From Cyanophora paradoxa CCMP329 (taxonomy: Eukaryota; Plantae; Glaucophyta), in NCBI GenBank assembly GCA_004431415.1, contig QPMI01000429.1, positions 62,001-126,000 of the forward strand: DNA of 64,000 nt, in the 5' to 3' direction. The notes below the pieces were generated by a model. It made no database searches, was not told where the DNA came from, and saw only the letters and a program-made list of their open reading frames with translations. Positions 1-11,300 of this stretch are shown here, piece by piece. The stretch's first letter is position 1. Every line of letters begins with the position of its first letter. Both the position numbers and the translations under genes were made by a program.

Positions 1-2568
1 GAGGACCGCCTCCGCCACGTTTGGGTGCGCATGCGGCTCCGGCGGCCGCCGCACGTACACTGCGCCACTAATCACGTCGGCGCCAGCAGACGCCGCTGGG
101 GAGGACGGGCACCGTGCAGGGCGGGCGGGTCGGCCTCGATCTCCGCGACGGCAAAGAACCGCTGCGGGCCCTCCGCTGTGTCCACCGCGAGGCTCACGTG
201 GTCTGGCCCAGCCACGTCATCGCAAATGCGCGTTTAGACCGAAAGGCGCCGCACCCGAGGACCAGACGTGGACAGTGGGCCCCGGACGGCCCTCGCCCCT
301 CCGCAGTGCCTCCACCACCCGCTGCAGCAGCCGGAAAGGCGCCGCCCCCGCGAGCGGGCCGCTGGCCGCGAACGGCCCCAGCAGTGGAGCGTGGGGCGAT
401 GCATCTGCGGCCGCCGCCTCCAGCAACGCGATCGCCTCCCGCATTTCTAGCTGTAGCAGCGGTCGCTGCGGGTTCTTCTCCGTCCTGCGGCGCGTCAACG
501 GCTCCCGCGTGACCGCGGTGCATTTCCGCACCACGCACCCGCCCTCAAAGGCCTGCACACGGGCTCAGTTATGGCGGGCGGCGCGAGAGTGGAAACGAAA
601 GCCTTCACCTCCGCAACGCGAGGGGCGGAGATCTGCAGCAGCGTGCCGCCGATGCGCAGGGCTCGCTGGACAGCGATGACTCGCCGTATCGCCGCCTCGC
701 TCGGCACCCCGCAGCAGAGCTCCCACTGCCCGATCGCCGCCGCCCCGCCGCCCCAGCCCCAGTCGCTCGCGCCTGCGTCCTCCGGATCCCCCGTCCACGT
801 CGCCGGAAGCTGCAGCGTCGTCGACACGACGCCGCTCTGGGCATCGTTGTCCGTGCTGCCCGCGAGCTCAGACATGACATCACTCTCCGCGGCCGCCGCC
901 TGATGCAGGAGGGTGACCGCCTCCCGACCCGCGCCGGCCTCCTCGAGCGCCGCTGCGCTCTCCGCTAGCCACGCCGTCCACTTCCGCTCCGCTTCCGCTG
1001 CGCCGCACTCGTCATTGCGCGCCAGCACCGAGAAAGAAGGGCAGGACGCACGGCGCTCGGCGAGGCGATGGGCGGCGGTGGCGAGGGCTTCGGCAATCGG
1101 CGCGGAGAGGCATGAGGTGGCCGCCGCCGGCCCCCCCGCCTCCTCGCGCGTGAGCAGATGCTCGGGGACGCCCGGCAGGCCTCCCGCCCGCTCCCCCGCG
1201 GCGTCCAAGCGCCGAACCTGCCGCGACTTCCCGTGAGCGGCCCGCGCGATATCGATGCGGCCAAAAGGCGACGGACCTGTGGGTCCGAGGAGAGGAGGGC
1301 CAGCGGCGAGGGCCCGAGCCGCAGCGGGCGGACGGCGCCGAGGTCCTTGAAGGTCGGGTCGCTCGAGAAGTAGCCCGCGATGGGGTACTCGCTCGTCAGG
1401 TTCGCGAAGCGCCGCACCACCTCCGGCCGCGCGTGCTGCTCGCTCGGCGCGACGCCCACCGCCAGCACCACGAACCCCGCCCGCGTCCGCATCTCCTCCA
1501 GCAGCTGCCGCCCGGCCCCGTCAGCGGCGCCCCTTGCGCCTCGCGATCGCCCCGCGCAGCTTACCTCGTCGCGGTACTCCCGTGTCTTCCGCCACGCCTC
1601 GCCGTACCAGACCCTGCGAGGATCCGGTGGTCCGGAGTCAGCAGTCGCCGTCGGCGCTGGATCGGGGTCGGGGCGACGCGCACCGCGGCGAGCCGTCGGG
1701 GTTTATGCAGAGGTCCGTGAGGAGGACGCCCGCAAGCAGCGCGCGGGCCGCTGGCTGCCGGAAGACCGCCGGCCCGTCCTCGAGGAAGAGCAGCGGGCGC
1801 TCGCCGAGGGGCTTCTGCTCTGCCAGCTGCTCCAGCAGGGCCGCCACCGCGCTCGGCGACTTGGCCGACTCCACGCCCGCGAGCAGCACTCCATCGAATC
1901 CTTTCGCCTCCGCCTCCTTCCAGCGCTCTGCGCACTCGGCGTCGGCTCACGGGCGCACTTTTGATCCCGCGCCGCCAGCGCACCGAAGACGTCTTCGGCA
2001 TCGTCCCCGGCAGCCTCCGCGAGGTCGAAGCGCGCGATAAAGCGCACGCGTGCCGCCGTAGAGCTGGCGGCTGCAGCTGGTTTCGAGCACGACTCGGCCG
2101 CGGCCGCGGCAGCCAGCAGGTCCTGCAGGTCGATGTCGACTGCTGCAGGGTCTGCGAACGCGCGTGCACAGGACAAGTCAACTGGCGCTCAAGTGTGCGA
2201 GCGAGCGTGCGCGTGCGGGCACTCCGGGCTCATGCATGCACACGGGCACTCCGGGCTCATGCATGCACACCTAGAACCACGAGCTCGAAGTCTCTGCTGT
2301 CAACGAGCGCCCTCCTGACATCGTGCGCACGAGAAGCACTTATCCGGCTGCAAGAGCGTAAGCATATACATGTGCTGAAGCCTGCAAGGCTGCGACCGCG
2401 GGCCGGGACGTTGACGCACCCAAGGTAGATGGCAAACGAGGAGACCCTGGAGAGGAGCCGATCGCTGTTCGAATCGCTAGTCGAAGACCTGCCGGCTGCG
2501 GTCGCGCGCTTCGGCTTCCTGGCGAACAAACTCCGCAGGCCAGCCCGCGGCGCCGAGCCGCCAGGCAT
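1..2568 (-). CDS. 5' part of a second Gtb3-like giant glycosyltransferase paralog; runs off the left edge
   Basis: ATG at 2568 (MPGGSAPRAG...DRLLSRVSSFAIYLG|RISASRAHDVRRALVDSRDFELVVL|DPAAVDIDLQDLL) parallels the + copy (SRRISRVQAFAVFLG|PITPANAPGVSSALLHSRAFDLAVL|DPAVVDIDLQDLL) with the same intron positions. 1-2155 is the near-identical reverse complement of 3183-5341. Confidence 0.75.
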
Positions 2569-5341
2569 CGCGCGAGGGCCCGCCGCCGGGAAGCCAGGCC
2601 GCTCCTGCAGCGAGCTAAATGCGCAAGCGCGTGACAGCTCTGAAAGTCCATTGCTGCTGGAACCAGACCCAGTTCCCGAATCCGTCGTACCCCGGCGCTG
2701 CGATCAAAACCACTTCCCGGCAGATGACGCGGCTCCCGCACTCACTCGAAGCCCGGAGACTCAGGCTACGTCCATTCCAGCGCAGATCATGCTCGTCCGC
2801 AACGCGCGATGCCATCGCAGCGGGCGCCCATGAGCATGTCAATGCCAGCTGCATGCGTCGGCGCAGGCCTAGGGAATCCGACCGTGCTTACCGAATGCGT
2901 GATGCAGGCCGCCAGCGCCTGCTCGCGCCGTATCTCCAGGGTTCAAGCGTTCGCCGTCTTCCTCGGGTGCCTCCTGGCCCGCGGTCGCTTGATTCCCGGC
3001 GCGTATTCTAACTTTCCACGCGCTATTACAGACCTATCACGCCTGCGAACGCCCCTGGTGTCTCGTCGGCGCTTCTTCACAGCAGAGCTTTCGACCTTGC
3101 GGTTCTAGGTGCGGCAAAGCACACGCCCGCGGCTCGCATGTAATCGCAGGCGGGTGGATGCTGACTTCTCCTGCGCTGCCACAGACCCTGCGGTCGTCGA
3201 CATCGACCTGCAGGACCTGCTGGCTGCCCCGGCCGAGTCGTGCGCATGCTCGAAACCAGCTAGCGCTGCAGCCGCCAGCTCTACAGCGGCACGTGTGCGC
3301 TTCATCGCGCGCTTCGTCCTCGCGGAGGCTGCCGGGGACGATGCCGAAGACGTCTTCGGTGCGCTGGCGGCGCGGGATCAAAAGTGCGCCCGTGAGCCGA
3401 CGCCGAGTGCGCAGAGCGCTGGAAGGAGGCGGAGGCGAAAGGATTCGATGGAGTGCTGCTCGCGGTCGTGGAGTCGGCCAAGTCGCCGAGCGCGGTGGCG
3501 GCCCTGCTGGAGCGGCTGGCAGAGCAGAAGCCCCTCGGCGAGCGCCCGCTGCTCTTCCTCGAGGACGGGCCGGCGGTCTTCCGGCAGCCAGCGGCCCGCG
3601 CGCTGCTTGCGGGCGTCCTCCTCACGGACCTCTGCATAAACCCCGACGGCTCGCCGCGGTGCGCGTCGCCCCGACCCCGATCCAGCGCCGACGGCGACTG
3701 CTGACTCCGGACCACCGGATCCTCGCAGGGTCTGGTACGGCGAGGCGTGGCGGAAGACACGGGAGTACCGCGACGAGGTAAGCTGCGCGGGGCGATCGCG
3801 AGGCGCAAGGGGCGCCGCTGACGGGGCCGGGCGGCAGCTGCTGGAGGAGATGCGGACGCGGGCGGGGTTCGTGGTGCTGGCGGTGGGCGTCGCGCCGAGC
3901 GAGCAGCACGCGCGGCCGGAGGTGGTGCGGCGCTTCGCGAACCTGACGAGCGAGTACCCCATCGCGGGCTACTTCTCGAGCGACCCGACCTTCAAGGACC
4001 TCGACGCCGTCCGCCCGCTGCGGCTCGGGCCCTCGCCGCTGGCCCTCCTCTCCTCGGACCCACAGGTCCGTCGCCTTTTGGCCGCATCGATATCGCGCGG
4101 GCCGCTCACGGGAAGCCGCGGCAGGTTCGGCGCTTGGACGCCGCGGGGGAGCGGGCGGGAGGCCTGCCGGGCGTCCCCGAGCATCTGCTCACGCGCGAGG
4201 AGGCGGGGGGGCCGGCGGCGGCCACCTCATGCCTCTCCGCGCCGATTGCCGAAGCCCTCGCCACCGCCGCCCATCGCCTCGCCGAGCGCCGTGCGTCCTG
4301 CCCTTCTTTCTCGGTGCTGGCGCGCAATGACGAGTGCGGCGCAGCGGAAGCGGAGCGGAAGTGGACGGCGTGGCTAGCGGAGAGCGCAGCGGCGCTCGAG
4401 GAGGCCGGCGCGGGTCGGGAGGCGGTCACCCTCCTGCATCAGGCGGCGGCCGCGGAGAGTGATGTCATGTCTGAGCTCGCGGGCAGCACGGACAACGATG
4501 CCCAGAGCGGCGTCGTGTCGACGACGCTGCAGCTTCCGGCGACGTGGACGGGGGATCCGGAGGACGCAGGCGCGAGCGACTGGGGCTGGAGCGGCGGGGC
4601 GGCGGCGATCGGGCAGTGGGAGCTCTGCTGCGGGGTGCCGAGCGAGGCGGCGATACGGCGAGTCATCGCTGTCCAGCGAGCCCTGCGCATCGGCGGCACG
4701 CTGCTGCAGATCTCCGCCCCTCGCGTTGCGGAGGTGAAGGCTTTCGTTTCCACTTTCGCGTCGCCCGCCATAACTGAGCCCGTCTGCAGGCCTTCGAGGG
4801 CGGGTGCGTGGCGTGGAAATGCACCGCGGTCACGCGGGAGCCGTTGACGCGCCGCAGGACGGAGAAGAACCCGCAGCGACCGCTGCTACAGCTAGAAATG
4901 CGGGAGGCGATCGCGTTGCTGGAGGCGGCGGCCGCAGATGCATCGCCCCACGCTCCACTGCTGGGGCCGTTCGCGGCCAGCGGCCCGCTCGCGGGGGCGG
5001 CGCCTTTCCGGCTGCTGCAGCGGGTGGTGGAGGCGCTGCGGAGGGGCGAGGGCCGTCCGGGGCCCACTGTCCACGTCTGGTCCTCGGGTGCGGCGCCTTT
5101 CGGTCTAAACGCGCATTTGCGATGACGTGGCTGGGCCAGACCACGTGAGCCTCGCGGTGGACACAGCGGAGGGCCCGCAGCGGTTCTTTGCCGTCGCGGA
5201 GATCGAGGCCGACCCGCCCGCCCTGCACGGTGCCCGTCCTTTCCAACGGCTTCTTCTGGCGCCGACATGATTAGTGGCGCAGTGTACGTGCGGCGGCCGC
5301 CGGAGCCGCATGCGCACCCAAACGTGGCGGAGGCGGTCCTC
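1..5341. repeat. Large inverted repeat: arms ~1-2155 and ~3183-5341 with a diverged ~1-kb centre
   Basis: Mirror ORF pairs sum to 5342 (495..1208/4134..4847; 965..1492/3850..4377; 1638..1889/3453..3704). Only scattered substitutions, plus small indels near the inner ends. Confidence 0.95.
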
Positions 5342-8300
5342 TTCTGCACGCTGCGCGCTGCTGGCTACCCGCCGGCGCAGGCGCGGCTGCTGGTGCGCTT
5401 GCATTTTCTGTTCTCTACTCACCCTTCTGCCGCTAACGGATGGGACAGAGCGCGATGGCGCGGCGGCCGTCGGGGAGGGACAAGGAGAGCGACGGCCGCG
5501 AGGCGGTGCCCCTGAGCGACACGACGCAGGCGGAGGTCCTCCTCGCTTCGCTACGAGAGCTCCAGGTATGAGACGGACCTGCTGTCATGATATTTCGCAG
5601 ATGCATGCCTGATCGGAGCGGTCTGCAGGCCTTGGTGCTGAGCTGCGCGCCGCGGGCGGAGGCGGTGGAGCGTGACGAGCGCCTGCCCCCCGAGGAGCGG
5701 ACGGCGCTCGCGTCGGTGGAGCGCTGCGTCCTGGCGGCCGCGCTCGCCCGACTGTCCTCGCACGGCCTTCGGAGCTCTGCGCGGGGCCGGGCCACGTGTG
5801 CACCCCGCCCGTCGATCTTGAAGCGCCGCTCACGCAGCGCAGCACGAAGGCGATTCGACAGGCCGAGGAGCGCGGGGCGGACGACCCGTGGCTGCAGTTG
5901 GTGCGGCGGTCGCTGTGGCAGCCCACGGTGATGGCGGAGACGCTGCGACCGCTGCTGGCTGCGCTCGCTGTCGGCTGCGACGTGTGCTGCAGTCCACCGG
6001 GCGCCGCCGCGCGGGATGTGATCGCAGCCCCGATCACCGCCCTCCGAGCATGGTGAGCGAGGTTTGTCGGAAAGCACGGAAACGCCTGCTGATCGAGCGC
6101 AGTGCATTCGACGAGCTGGAGGTGACGTGCCGGGACCGAGCCTTGACATCGCCCTGTCAGTGTTTCTTTTTGTTCCTAAAATTTGCATGCTGAATGTGCG
6201 TGCAGATTTCGTCAACGTTCCTGATGTGACAAGTGAGTTCCCTCTGTGCTCAGCCTTTTGCGCATTTCGAATCGGAAGTAATAGTGCTTATTTTTGCTCA
6301 GCAATCTACACGGAGTGGACGGGCCTGCGAAGCGAACAAGCTGAGCGTGTGTTCGGCCTGTCGAAGTACAAACTCTGCGAGACCCTCCTCCACGAGCGGG
6401 TGCGTGCAGATCTAGATGCCGTCATCCGAATCCCCATGCGGCTGTGAGCTGATTCTTTTTCACAGATTCGGAGCAAAATGGCGGCAGAGGATCCAGATCC
6501 CGAGTCAATCTGGCCGCCGCCGCCTCTTTCATCCACGCGTGAAGCCGCCGCAAAGTGGATCCGGAAATTCGCCGATGGACTATTCTTTCAGGTTTACTCC
6601 TTATCGTTTTCAAACCCACGAGCTTGAGAGGCTAGCGCTTACGGAACGCCACGCAGGTTCCACTTGTTCTCCAATTGGTGCTCTTTGCGGTGTGGGGCGT
6701 CGGACCATTTTCGTCGAGGGGACTCGATCCTTCCGTTTCTGTCGCTTTGACTGTGGCCCTCTACGTCGCTCTCATTTTATCGGCTGCGTCCAATCAGGCT
6801 CGTATTGTAGAGTGCACCTGATCGCTCTGCTCGCCGCTGAACTAACAGTTCAAAACAGGGCGTCTCCCTCTTCGTGTACTGCTACAAGTTTCAGGCCTCA
6901 TATTCCCTCATGAAGGCTTCCATCGCGCAGATGGCTCTGGTTCGCCCGCTTTTCTTCGTCTCGATCCACCTCGCACACCGACCGCCTCGCAGGCCTCCCT
7001 CGTCCTTTACGTCATCGGCGGGGGTGGAGCCGCCATTTCCATCTTCCGTGCCGTGCGCCTTTTCGATGTGCATATTTACATCCGATCTCGCATTTCGTAA
7101 GTTTCGTCGCAGTTCGATGACGGGCGGCTCGCGGCCGTCTTCTTTGTCTACGTGCTGCTGTTTGCTTTCCTTCTAGCGCTCACGGCAGTGCTCTACGCGC
7201 TGCATCCGACGGGATCTTCGGCTTGGAAGTCGGCCGAGGGACATGCGATAATTGCTGCCGTGCTCGCCGCCGTCCTCTGCTCTCTTCTTCTCGATTACAA
7301 CGTGCAGCACGGCGACGTCTGGCGCCGCGAGTACAACCACCTCGTCGCTTTGACTGTCGCCGACGCCCTTCTAGGCTTCTTCACCGCCGCGCAATTGCAG
7401 CACCACAACACCGCCTTCAACACCATTAAGCCCACCGCCGAGGCCGACGTGATTGCCGTGAGTTCTTTTCCACCTTGCATTTCCACAAATCTCACAGTAT
7501 CTGCAGTGGCACGCGCGGCGCATGGGTCAGCCCCCCGCGCCGCTCAAGTCAAGCAACGAGGCCGCTGACAACGCCGCCGTGCATTCTTCCCTACATTGCA
7601 TTCGCTCGTGGCTCCCATCTGAAATCGCATCGCAGTGTCTGGAGTGGTGGACGCGTGCGGAGGGGACGCTTCTCACTGCGGAGGTGGCGAAGGACAGCGA
7701 GGTGCTGGCGGCCGCTCGCAAGGCCAGGGACCGCTTCGTTGCCGACGCTCGGGTGCGCGCGGCATTCACGGTCATCAGCATAATCGGCAACTGCATGAAC
7801 GTTTGACGCGAACGTTCGGCAGTCGGAATTTTCGGCGGAGTGCACACAAGCGGCGCACCAGGGCAGATTCATGGGGCGCTGGTTTCCGTTTCTTGCCGGG
7901 CGGGTGACTTTCGATGAGGTATACGAAGCACATTCGTTTAAAGCATCCATTAATTCTCTAAACTTTTCTGACGCACGTGGCAGCTCGTGCTCCCTCGGGC
8001 GCGAAATTTGGACGCTGAAAGCGCTCTCGTGCAGTGGACGTCGGTGCACATGATCCATTGCAATCGATATCTCAAGTAACGCATGTAGCGCGCACGTGCC
8101 TAATTCGCTTTCAGGGGTTCACGATGAAGGCGGTCCCGCCCCCGTTCACGAGGGAGTGGGACGAGCTTCTGGGGGAAGGGGTCGCGGCCTTCTCGGTCAA
8201 GCGGCGCGTGGACACCCCGCATCGGGGCGGCGCCGCGTTCGACGCCGTCCTTCCGCACGCGATGGCCGGCGCGCTCTTCTTCGTCCTCCTCTTCTCCGAC

Positions 8301-11300
8301 CGACTCATCCGCTTCTCCTTCGCGCCCCTCGAGTACGCTTGTATCCCTCTCGTTTTCGTGCTTATGCTTGAACTCACATGTAAATCTGCGCCGTCAGGAT
8401 GACACGCACGACCCAATACGAGACCGCTCTTAATGTGGCTGTGCTGGTACTCGTCGCCTGCAGCTGCTCCATGGAGACCCTCTGGAGCCGCCTTCCTACT
8501 CTCGCTAGCTCCTGGCATAAGGTATTCGACCGATGGCCAATTGCAATGCATATATATGCACGCTAGCTGACTGTCACGCGTGAGCTGCGGGTCGGTCTGG
8601 AGGGTGTTACACCGCAGGCTGTAATGGCGCACGAGGAGCGACAGCGCAGCCGTCTTTTCGTCTCAGAAATAATCGTACGCTTCCAATCTTTTCGTAGCCT
8701 TCTTTCCGCTGACGCGCGCGCAGCGCCTTGGCGCTTTCTTCCTCGTGGCGGCAGGCCTGGGTGCAGCCTTGATTCAGTTCACGCAGGCACCAGTGTGCGT
8801 CAAGCACTCGCCCGCCAAACCCGCCCTCCCTCCCTTCCATTTATCAGCGAGCTGACAAATATTTTCCGATCAGTGGAGGGGTGTCATTGCGGGGCTGGGT
8901 GGTTTACAGCGTTGCCTGTGTCTCGTTCTTCGGTCTCGAGGTTCGCGGATATGCATATCGATTTCGATAAAAATTATGAAAGAAAAGCTAAAAGCGTATG
9001 CGTAAACTCTATTCCGTCTAGGTGATGTACTGCACCGAGATATTCTACCGTTGCTGCTGGATTCAGGTTCGCTCACGTCTCTGATCGAAAGGCATCGTTG
9101 TTACATCCTTTCGCAGTGGAAAGAGGAGCATTTGAAGAAGACGCTCGTGGCTTGGAGCTATGTCGTGGGCTGCTGCGTCGGTATTCCTACGGGCTGCATT
9201 GCTGGTTCGAAACGATTGCGAGCACTGAAGAAAAGCAGCGCGAGCTAACTGCCCGAACAGTGAAATTGACGGGCGACCTGGACTACGCCCTCTTGGCCCC
9301 CCTCGCTGGAGCCTGGGCGGGTGTCTTCTTCATCAAGGTCTCTCCGTCTGCGTACATTCTTTTCTACCTTCATATTGCTGATGTTTTGCTACAGCTGCTC
9401 CTGTACCTCGAGGGTGCGCACGGCTGGTTCGACGGCATCCCGCTCCTCTCCCGCCGGGCCGCCCGCTTCGACGACCCGGACCCGAAGGCGCGCCCGCCCC
9501 GCCCGAGACACCCCGCGTCGCCGGCGCTCACGGCGGTCGCGCAGGAGGCGGCGGAGGCGGAGCGGGGCGCTCGCTGCGTGGCGGTGCGGCTCGTCGGGCA
9601 GCCGTGCCCCGCCGCGCCGGAGGAGATCGGCGCCCTCGCCGCGCGCCTCGTGAGGGCCGGCCCGGGCTCCGGTGTCCGCGTTGTTTCCAGCGCCGTTCGC
9701 GCCGCCGCGTCCTTCCTGTGCGGGCTGGCATCGCGGCGCCTCGGGCGGGGCGGCTTCCACTCGGCGCTGCTGAGCGCCGTGCCGGCGGGGCCCGAGCTGC
9801 TCGCCGAGGCCCACGACGCCCTCGCCGATGGCGAGGGGCTTCAGGTGCGCACTGTTGCGGACTGACGTCGGGGATCTTCCGTTGATTTGGCGGCGGCCGC
9901 AGGTTTCTGTCGTGTCGGAAGCATTCGCCGCAGTCGACGGGTCGCATACACTCGTCAGCGGCCTCGCTGTGGCCGGCCGGTGCGCCACAATTCGATAAAG
10001 AGTTGTATATATATATTTCAAAACTGAACGACTCGCAGGTACCCGCTGGCGGCGCTGTACGTGCCTGGTGGCTGGTACCACCGCTCCTCGCCGGTGCGCC
10101 TCTGTCACAGTGGGCGGCAGCTCAGCTGTCGCCGACAGCTCAATGCAGGCGCGGCTGTTCGTGTCGGAGGCGGCGGTCGGGGAGCGCCCCGCTGCGGCGG
10201 CCGTGGCGGAGCTGATGCTGCACGCGCTCGACAAGGCGCGCCGGCGGGCCGACCCGGAGGCCGCCGCGTTCGGCCCGGCGGACGATGACGCGCCCGGCGG
10301 CACGGGCGCCACAGCCGCCGAGCTTCTGCTGAGCGAGCAGGATCCGCCGGCGCCGGACTACGTCCCCGCCCGCTTCCTGCCGCAGCTGCGGCGCTGCGAT
10401 GGCGGCGCACTGGCAGCGCTGGCGGCGCGGGCGCACTCCTCTGCAGCGGCGGCGGCGCTGGCGGGGGTCGACGTGGACCGGCGCTGGGCGGAGCTGCCGT
10501 GGGGCGCCCGCGCCGTCGCCCTCGCGTGCCTCGCGGGAGTGCCAGGCGGGCGGCCGCCGCCGCTGGGGGGCCGCCCTGCGCGCCGCCCTCGCGGAGCTGT
10601 ACGGCCGCCCGGTCGAGCCCGCCGCGTGGCGCGAGGCCTGCGGTGCGCTCTCCTCCATTCGTCTCCTGCGGAAAGGGGCTGAGGCGGATTCCGCAGAGCG
10701 GGGGCGGCTGCTGGCGCGCCTCGCGCACGCGATCGGGCGCGCGGCGCGGGAGGAGGCCGCAGCGAGGCCCGCCGAGGCGCCCGCGCTGGAGCTGCCGGAG
10801 CCGGAGGCCGCCCCGAAGCCCCTCGTGAGTTCACCATTCGTTTGTAATGCGTGCACTGTACCGACTCGGCTGCGCAGGGGGGCGGGCGGCTGGCGCCCGA
10901 GGAGCTGTACGTGCGGCTGCCGAGGGCGCCGGACTCGCTCGCGGCGCGGGCCCTGGAGCAGCTGCACGTGCGCGGTCCGCGCCACGCGCCTCGCCGGTTT
11001 GACGCCCGTGCAGCTCATCGCCCGCCTCTGGTTCCTCGCCATCACGGGCGACACATCGTTCCCCGCCGAGTCCGTGTTCTCGCTGCAGAAGTTTCGCTTC
11101 GTAGAGATGCTGAGCGCGGTCGCAGGTACGGCTACGCGCTGCACGGGCCGCGCGAGCCGGGGCCTGAAGCCGCTGTCCGCGCTGGCTGCCTCGCCTGGCC
11201 GCTCTACCCGTGCGCACTCGTGCTTTGCTTACGCATGTTTCGCACAATCATCATGGATGGAGCGGCAGGCTGGCGTCGCACCTGATGCTGCTGGTGCACG

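Noticed and set aside
2429-2833. ORF MANEETLERS... as the start of the + strand synthase
   Set aside because: It overlaps antisense to exon 1 of the left paralog, and paralog homology places the + gene's first exon at ~2809-2966.
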